NCBI GenBank assembly: GCA_963676395.1
Contig: OY781066.1
Span: 96,001 to 160,000 of the forward strand
Direction: 5' to 3'
DNA from: a bacterium
Lineage (GTDB): Bacteria; Fidelibacterota; Fidelibacteria; Fidelibacterales; Fidelibacteraceae
Length of the DNA: 64,000 nucleotides
Positions within the stretch are counted from its first letter, which is position 1, and each line of letters opens with the position of its first letter. The translations under genes and the position numbers were made by a program. A model generated the notes under the pieces. It was not told where the DNA came from. It saw only the letters and a program-made list of their open reading frames with translations, and ran no database searches. Positions 58,103 through 64,000 of this stretch are shown here, piece after piece.

Positions 58103-59542
58103 TTACATATCCATTATATCCATCAGCTTTTGATAGATATCCGTATTATCAAAAGAACCATTAAATGCTTCCGCACCCACACCAAAGGCTCTTACCGGAA
58201 CCGGAATAGCTGTGTGTGAAAACGTTGACCACCCAATACCGGCTTTTCTTGATAAAATATGCGTAACTTTAATTACAAATGGATCATATGGTCCATACAA
58301 AATATATTCGCTCGGAACATATTTATCACGTTCTTCAAATGAACGGGTATAGGCTTGAGTAAGTTCTTTGACCTCATTTGAATCAAGAGCAAGTCCCTTT
58401 ATATCATCACCGAGTCCTGTTACTCCGAACATATATTCAAGAGCCCAATCAGCTTCAAACATCAAGGAATCCTTACCCATCAACTCTTCTTTTTCTTTTT
58501 TCATCTCAGCATATTCTGCATTAATTACAGCAAAAGATTTTTCTTGCCATTGCAGCTTCCCCAATTCGAGATCATAATCCGCAGAAGCTGTTCCCAGGGT
58601 CATACCACCACATTCATGATCAGCTGTAATTAGAATTAAAGTATTATCGGGATTTTTTTTATAAAATTCTAATGCTACCTCTATCGCCTCATCAAAAGCA
58701 ATAACATCCTTAACTGTTGCCGCCGCATCATTTCGGTGACACGCCCAGTCTATTTTACCACCTTCAACCATAATAAAAAAGCCTTCTTCACTATCTAACA
58801 TGTCAATCGCTTTAGCTGTGATATCAGAAAGAGAAATACCATTGTCATCGTTATCTATACTATATGGCATAGAATAACCTTCTGCCAATTCGGGATAGAT
58901 AAATAAAACTTTCCCCGCTCCGGGTTCAAGAAAAGAAAAAGCTGTTTTATTATTCACATAAAGATACCCATTTTCTTTCGCCAAATCGATCACATTAGTT
59001 GAATCCAGGCCTTTGGGATCTGTAAAATATCTTAGTCCACCTCCAGCAAAATAATCAAATCCGGAGGTCGCCAATTCTTTTCCAATTTGATAATAATTTC
59101 CTCGATTTGGTTGATGAGCATAAAAACCTGCCGGTGTGGCATGATCGATATCCACAGTAGAAATTATCCCGATTTTTTTTCCACTTTCTTTTGCAGATTC
59201 AGCAATCGATTTGAATGCTTTAGTATGCTCAGCATCCATAGATAAGGTTGAATTATTGGTTTTATTACCGGTAGCTAAAGCTGTTACGGCTGCACCGGAA
59301 TCAGTAATATAATGATTTTTTGAAAATGTAGTTGCAGACCCAGTATATTCAGCTGTATTCATATTAAGTTTAACAATACCGCTTTTTCCTTGAACCGAAG
59401 CAAGATAGCGCTCTGCCGCATTAACTTGTACGGGTCCCATTCCATCACCGATAAAAAAGAAAACATATTTAGCTTCTTGAGTTCCACAGGACATTAGAAG
59501 AATGCCTGCAATTAGCATAAGATATTTAGCCACTTTTCGCAT
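58103..59542 (-). CDS. phoA: Alkaline phosphatase (PhoA family), lipoprotein
   Basis: Lipobox 'LMSC'; 'FIGDGMG', 'TDSGAA', 'HATPA', 'VEGGKIDWACH.ND', 'TADHE', 'HT'. Confidence 0.93.
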   Translation of the reverse strand: MRKVAKYLMLIAGILLMSCGTQEAKYVFFFIGDGMGPVQVNAAERYLASVQGKSGIVKLNMNTAEYTGSATTFSKNHYITDSGAAVTALATGNKTNNSTLSMDAEHTKAFKSIAESAKESGKKIGIISTVDIDHATPAGFYAHQPNRGNYYQIGKELATSGFDYFAGGGLRYFTDPKGLDSTNVIDLAKENGYLYVNNKTAFSFLEPGAGKVLFIYPELAEGYSMPYSIDNDDNGISLSDITAKAIDMLDSEEGFFIMVEGGKIDWACHRNDAAATVKDVIAFDEAIEVALEFYKKNPDNTLILITADHECGGMTLGTASADYDLELGKLQWQEKSFAVINAEYAEMKKEKEELMGKDSLMFEADWALEYMFGVTGLGDDIKGLALDSNEVKELTQAYTRSFEERDKYVPSEYILYGPYDPFVIKVTHILSRKAGIGWSTFSHTAIPVPVRAFGVGAEAFNGSFDNTDIYQKLMDIMDM

Positions 59543-59712
59543 TATTAACTCCTATATATAATCTATCAAAAGATTCACCGAATTATATAAATGAAATTGG
59601 GAAGATAAAAGAACAAAGTAAAAAGATAGCGCTTATAATTTATTTTTTCCTAAAAGTATAATCTTTCTTATTTTCTCTTTTGACTTTAGAGATTAAACCC
59701 TAAATTTCATCC

Positions 59713-60555
59713 ATGACAGAAGAGCTCATTTTAGAAACATGGTCAAATATTAAGTCGCTTAGAGAGCAAAAAGGCGTTAGTTTAGATTCTTTAAGTGAAA
59801 AAATGCGACTTCCCGTTGAACGCATTGAATACCTCGAAGCCGGAGATTTTTCAGAAGCCGATCCTATTATCACTAAACTCCAGCTTAAAAATTATGCACG
59901 TATCCTAGATATTGATTATGAAACTATTAGCGAATTAGCCGGTTTTAACATACCTAAAGTAGAGACAATTGCCGAACCGCTCGGTGAAAATGTAAAGATC
60001 AAAAAGACACGAACATACCGCGGTCGAAAAAAAGAACCTAAAAAAGGACTTATTTACGTAGCCATTATCGTTGCATGTATTGTCACCATCATTATACTTA
60101 ATCGATTAGCAATTGCCTTTAATATAAATTCTGATGTATTTGAAATGACTGAAGAACAGGTTAATGCTCTTGATACACCTATTGAATCTGAAAAAGATAC
60201 CGGTTCATTTAAACCCTTTCTTCCTCAAGTCAAAAAGGAAGCCGTTGATGTTGATATTATTTCAACAATGACCATCAAAAAGACAAAGAGCATCAGTTTC
60301 CCGGTTAAAATAAAAGTATTTCCCAAACAAGATATATCCTATCGTCAGGAACTCAAAGGATTAAAGAATATAGAAAACTATATTTTAAAGGATACTCCTA
60401 CTTTGCTTGAGCTTAATAAACCCGGACGAACCATCTTTTATCATGCAAACGACACACGCTTTGTAATTGATGGTGATATTTTGAAAGATGAAAATCTATC
60501 ATTGTTGCTAGTAGAGATCAATGAGGATCGGGAATTAAGTATTTATACTAAATAA
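59713..60555 (+). CDS. RodZ-like HTH + TM protein
   Basis: 'LREQKGVSL..LS.......IEYLE.G.F.......LKNYA..L..D'; single TM; extracytoplasmic tail. Confidence 0.75.
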   Translation: MTEELILETWSNIKSLREQKGVSLDSLSEKMRLPVERIEYLEAGDFSEADPIITKLQLKNYARILDIDYETISELAGFNIPKVETIAEPLGENVKIKKTRTYRGRKKEPKKGLIYVAIIVACIVTIIILNRLAIAFNINSDVFEMTEEQVNALDTPIESEKDTGSFKPFLPQVKKEAVDVDIISTMTIKKTKSISFPVKIKVFPKQDISYRQELKGLKNIENYILKDTPTLLELNKPGRTIFYHANDTRFVIDGDILKDENLSLLLVEINEDRELSIYTK

Positions 60556-60575
60556 AATTTATTTAAATCAATAAT

Positions 60576-60605
60576 AAAAGCCTTGGATTTAAATCCAAGG
60601 CTTTT
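60576..60605. terminator. Bidirectional terminator
   Basis: Perfect 30-bp palindrome AAAAGCCTTGGATTTAAATCCAAGGCTTTT. Confidence 0.88.
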
Positions 60606-60630
60606 GCTTTTCAAAACTTCATTTTTAAAA

Positions 60631-61965
60631 TTAAACTACACCAAGGTCTACCATTGCAATCGCTACTTTCATAAAACCAGCAATATTGGCACCTTTTACA
60701 TAATCAACATAGTTTGCATTTAAGCGACCATGTTCAACACATTGACTATGCACACTTTTCATGATCTTTCTTAGATGGTCATTGACTTCTTCACGAGACC
60801 ATGATAATCCCATAAAATTCTGGGTCATTTCAAGTCCGGAAGTTGCAACACCTCCGGCATTTGCGGCCTTGCCAGGTGCAAAAAGAATTTTTGCATTTTG
60901 GAATACATCTACCGCTTCGGGTGTAGATGGCATGTTGGCTCCTTCTGTGACAAGAAAACAGCCATTTTTAACCAAGGTTTTAGCATCATCTTCATTGATC
61001 TCATTTTGAGTTGCAGAAGGCACAGCCACATCACAAGGAACTTCCCAAGGACGCTTACCTTCTACATATTTACAACCAAATTCCTTGGCATATTCTTTAA
61101 TACGGCCACGGCGCACATTCTTGAGATCCATTACATAATCCCATTTTTCACCGCTAATACCATCAGGATCATAGATATAACCACCTGAATCTGAAAGCGT
61201 AACGACCTTACCTCCGAGTTCATTAACTTTTTGTGTTGCATACTGTGCCACATTTCCAGAACCTGAAACAGTAACAATTTTACCTTCAAAATTATCATTG
61301 CGAGTTGCCAACATATCTTCGGCTAAATAGATCGCACCATAACCGGTAGCTTCGGGACGGATCAAACTTCCACCCCATTGAACGCCCTTGCCTGTCAAGG
61401 CGCTTGTATGTTCATTTTTAAGACGTTTATATTGACCATATAAATAACCAATCTCACGACCTCCAACACCGATATCACCGGCAGGAACATCCGTATGATG
61501 ACCAATATGCCGATACAACTCTGACATAAAACTTTGACAAAAGTGCATTACTTCATTATCGGTTTTACCTTTGGGATCAAAATCTGAACCACCCTTTGCA
61601 CCACCCATAGGTAATGTTGTGAGTGAATTTTTAAAGATCTGTTCAAATCCAAGAAATTTTAAGATCGACAAATTCACACTCGGGTGAAATCTAAGACCTC
61701 CTTTAAAGGGTCCGATCGCGTTATTAAATTCAACGCGGTATCCCCTATTTACTTTCACTTCTCCGGCATCGTTTACCCAAGGGACTCTAAAAACAACAAT
61801 GCGTTCCGGAATAACAATACGTTCCATTATGTTCGCAGCTTGAAAAACAGGATTCGCTTCGTATACTTCCCATACTGAATCTACCACTTCTTTAACCGCT
61901 TGAATAAATTCAGGTTGACTAGGATTATGAGCGACAACGTGATTCATAAATTCACTTTTAGTCAT
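60631..61965 (-). CDS. gdhA: Glutamate dehydrogenase, NADP(H)-type signature
   Basis: 'KGGLRFH', 'GGAKGG', 'DVPAGDIG', 'SGSGNVAQY', 'LSDSGG'. Confidence 0.95.
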   Translation of the reverse strand: MTKSEFMNHVVAHNPSQPEFIQAVKEVVDSVWEVYEANPVFQAANIMERIVIPERIVVFRVPWVNDAGEVKVNRGYRVEFNNAIGPFKGGLRFHPSVNLSILKFLGFEQIFKNSLTTLPMGGAKGGSDFDPKGKTDNEVMHFCQSFMSELYRHIGHHTDVPAGDIGVGGREIGYLYGQYKRLKNEHTSALTGKGVQWGGSLIRPEATGYGAIYLAEDMLATRNDNFEGKIVTVSGSGNVAQYATQKVNELGGKVVTLSDSGGYIYDPDGISGEKWDYVMDLKNVRRGRIKEYAKEFGCKYVEGKRPWEVPCDVAVPSATQNEINEDDAKTLVKNGCFLVTEGANMPSTPEAVDVFQNAKILFAPGKAANAGGVATSGLEMTQNFMGLSWSREEVNDHLRKIMKSVHSQCVEHGRLNANYVDYVKGANIAGFMKVAIAMVDLGVV

Positions 61966-62115
61966 GTAAACTCCTCTAAATTATTTCGATTTAAGTCCTT
62001 GTTTTAAATATAGAGTAACTTTAGCAAAAATGAATTATTTTTTTAATAAATATGACACACCTTGACATCAAAGATATCAAGGCGTGTACCACAATACTTA
62101 TTAGAGGCTAAGTTT

Positions 62116-63453
62116 CTATACGATTCCTTGCTCTACCATTGCATTGGCAACCTTAAGGAAACCGGCAACATTCGCTCCGCGAACATAATCAATATATTTT
62201 GGATCGATCTGACCATTCTCAACACATTGTTCATGAATACGAACCATAATATGATGTAGTTCTTTATCCACTTCTTCACGCGTCCAAGAGCGACCCATAT
62301 AATTTTGACTCATTTCCAAACCTGAGGTCGCCACGCCACCTGCGTTAGCGGCTTTCCCCGGTGCATACAAAATTTTTGCAGCTTCAAATACTTTAACGGC
62401 ATCGGGTGTTGATGGCATATTGGCACCTTCAGAGACACAGAAACAGCCATTTTTAACTAATAATTCAGCATCCTCTTTACCCAGTTCATTTTGAGTAGCA
62501 CAAGGTAATGCGATATCAACTGCTTGTTCCCATGGTCTTTTACCTGGATAGAATGTAGCATTCGGAAATTCTTTTGCATAAGGAGCAACAATATCGTTAT
62601 TGGAAGCACGAAGCATAAGCATATAATTGATCTTTTCATCGCAGATACCATCAGGATCATAAATGTATCCGTCAGGACCGGAGAGTGTAACGACTTTACC
62701 GCCCAGATCATTTACTTTTGTTGCAGCACCCCAGGCAACATTTCCAAAACCTGAGATCGCCACTTTTTTGCCTTCAAAGCTTTCACCGCGTGTTTTAAGC
62801 ATTTCATTTGCAAAATAAACAACACCAAAACCCGTAGCTTCGGGACGTACCAATGAACCTCCCCAATTCAAACCCTTACCGGTTAAAACACCTGTAAATT
62901 CATTTCTTATTCTCTTGTACTGACCGAAGAGATAACCGATTTCACGGGCGCCAACACCAATATCACCGGCAGGAACATCGGTTCTGGAACCGATATGTCG
63001 TTGCAGTTCCATCATAAAACTTTGGCAGAAACGCATAACTTCACCGTCGGAACGACCACGGAAGTTAAAGTCTGAACCCCCTTTACCACCCCCCATGGGC
63101 AAAGTAGTAAGGGCATTCTTAAAGATCTGTTCAAAACCCAGAAATTTTAAGATAGAAAGGTTCACACTTTGGTGAAATCTCAAACCACCCTTGTAAGGAC
63201 CGATTGCAGAGTTAAATTCAACTCGAAATCCACGGTTAACCCTTACAGCGCCCTGATCATCAACCCAGGGAACACGAAATGTAATAACACGTTCAGGCTC
63301 AACAATACGATCAAGAATGTTGGCATCCTTAAATATGGGATTATCCTCATAAATATCCCAAATTGATTCAACCACTTCTTCTACGGCTTGCAAAAACTCA
63401 GGTTGATGTGGGTTTCGTGCAGCGACAGATTCTAAAAAACTACTTTTGCTCAT
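62116..63453 (-). CDS. gdh: Glutamate dehydrogenase, NAD(H)-type signature
   Basis: Same core motifs with 'SGFGNVAWG' and 'LSGPDG'; ATG 63453 after GGAGG. Confidence 0.95.
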   Translation of the reverse strand: MSKSSFLESVAARNPHQPEFLQAVEEVVESIWDIYEDNPIFKDANILDRIVEPERVITFRVPWVDDQGAVRVNRGFRVEFNSAIGPYKGGLRFHQSVNLSILKFLGFEQIFKNALTTLPMGGGKGGSDFNFRGRSDGEVMRFCQSFMMELQRHIGSRTDVPAGDIGVGAREIGYLFGQYKRIRNEFTGVLTGKGLNWGGSLVRPEATGFGVVYFANEMLKTRGESFEGKKVAISGFGNVAWGAATKVNDLGGKVVTLSGPDGYIYDPDGICDEKINYMLMLRASNNDIVAPYAKEFPNATFYPGKRPWEQAVDIALPCATQNELGKEDAELLVKNGCFCVSEGANMPSTPDAVKVFEAAKILYAPGKAANAGGVATSGLEMSQNYMGRSWTREEVDKELHHIMVRIHEQCVENGQIDPKYIDYVRGANVAGFLKVANAMVEQGIV

Positions 63454-63590
63454 TAATTTTTTCCTCCATAGAACACAAGCAAAGCTTACGAGGTCCACAT
63501 GACCCCGCTTTAAAAGTACGACCCCGCTCTCTTCCTTACTCCGGGATCACGACCCATCTTGTTTAGTACAAGAGAACTATCAAATTCCGC
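63454..63590 (-). ncRNA. Candidate structured 5' leader of the gdh genes
   Basis: GC-rich, about 135 nt between a TTACTT-N17-TAAATT promoter-like element and the RBS; repeated GCGGGGTC; several hairpins. Confidence 0.35.
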
Positions 63591-63813
63591 GTAATTTAAA
63601 GATATTTTAACGTAAAAGTAAACCCTAGTTTTGTCTTTTTTACTTTTATTTTATGGGGTTTTTAGAAAAATATAATTATCTATTTCAAGCCTCTTTCTTA
63701 AAAGGAGCAACAAAGCATTGCTAATACATTATTACCAGTGATAATTTGTAATGTTTTCCTATAAATATTTTGGTTAAAACAAATTTGAAAATAAATAATC
63801 AATACCATAAAAA

Positions 63814-63841
63814 GTAAGGAACGGTCACAACCGTTCCTTAC
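63814..63841. repeat. REP-like palindrome
   Basis: GTAAGGAACGGT-CACA-ACCGTTCCTTAC; a degenerate copy lies at 48497-48521. Confidence 0.75.
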
Positions 63842-63893
63842 AAATACAAAACAATTATACAGGTTTCAACACCTTGAACCTCTAGCTGTATTT

Positions 63894-64000
63894 TTACATC
63901 TTAATATCTTTTTCAAATTCGGCAATTGTTGTTCGCATCATACCAATCATATCATGTTCAGCCGCTTCAAGGGCAACACGAATGCCATTCTTAAAAGCAT
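63894..64000 (-). CDS. 3' end of a gene entering from the right edge; resembles the PlsX C-terminus
   Basis: Minus frame ...AFKNGIRVALEAAEHDMIGMMRTTIAEFEKDIKM*; similar to the PlsX 'AIKNAIR.A' helix; only 34 residues visible. Confidence 0.45.
   Translation of the reverse strand, partial: AFKNGIRVALEAAEHDMIGMMRTTIAEFEKDIKM

Noticed and set aside
783..63566. Numerous 60-155 aa ORFs antisense or out of frame within long genes (for example 8569-8958, 11881-12309, 42604-43047, 50635-51102)
   Set aside because: Shadows of well-supported genes; no RBS or recognisable motifs

Overview
Chromosomal window from an AT-rich diderm anaerobe. An FCB-superphylum lineage (for example Marinimicrobia-like) is inferred from lnt, a T9SS/FlgD-type C-terminal sorting domain, a PorD-like gene and a eukaryote/archaea-type ProRS. 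Left to right: (1) a surface-polysaccharide locus at 1-11.1 kb (wzx, rmlAB, fdtA/C, PglE-like and WbpB/E/D amino-sugar genes) containing an unexpected acyltransferase + CitE-like CoA lyase + MaoC hydratase cassette; (2) a decayed four-helix-bundle gene, an SSS transporter and an outer-membrane protein; (3) a DUF39 + UPF0280 sulfide-assimilation/homocysteine pair; (4) a dipeptide epimerase followed by an uncharacterised five-gene membrane operon (DUF6754-like), the best candidate for an undescribed system; (5) a large secreted C39-like peptidase divergent from a PorD-like gene; (6) tsaC, rlmN, HU and an HU-TM-LysM fusion, tRNA-Pro(CGG), recA-recX; (7) a non-canonical amino-sugar catabolic operon; (8) a helicase-rlmF cluster, proS and a long housekeeping run (recO to htrA) with an orphan ecfT; (9) phoA, a RodZ-like gene and tandem NAD-type/NADP-type glutamate dehydrogenases behind a structured leader. 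No CRISPR array, rRNA, transposase or integrase was seen. Intergenic DNA carries REP-like palindromes and 7-bp periodic tracts. Family assignments come from motif recognition, not database searches.
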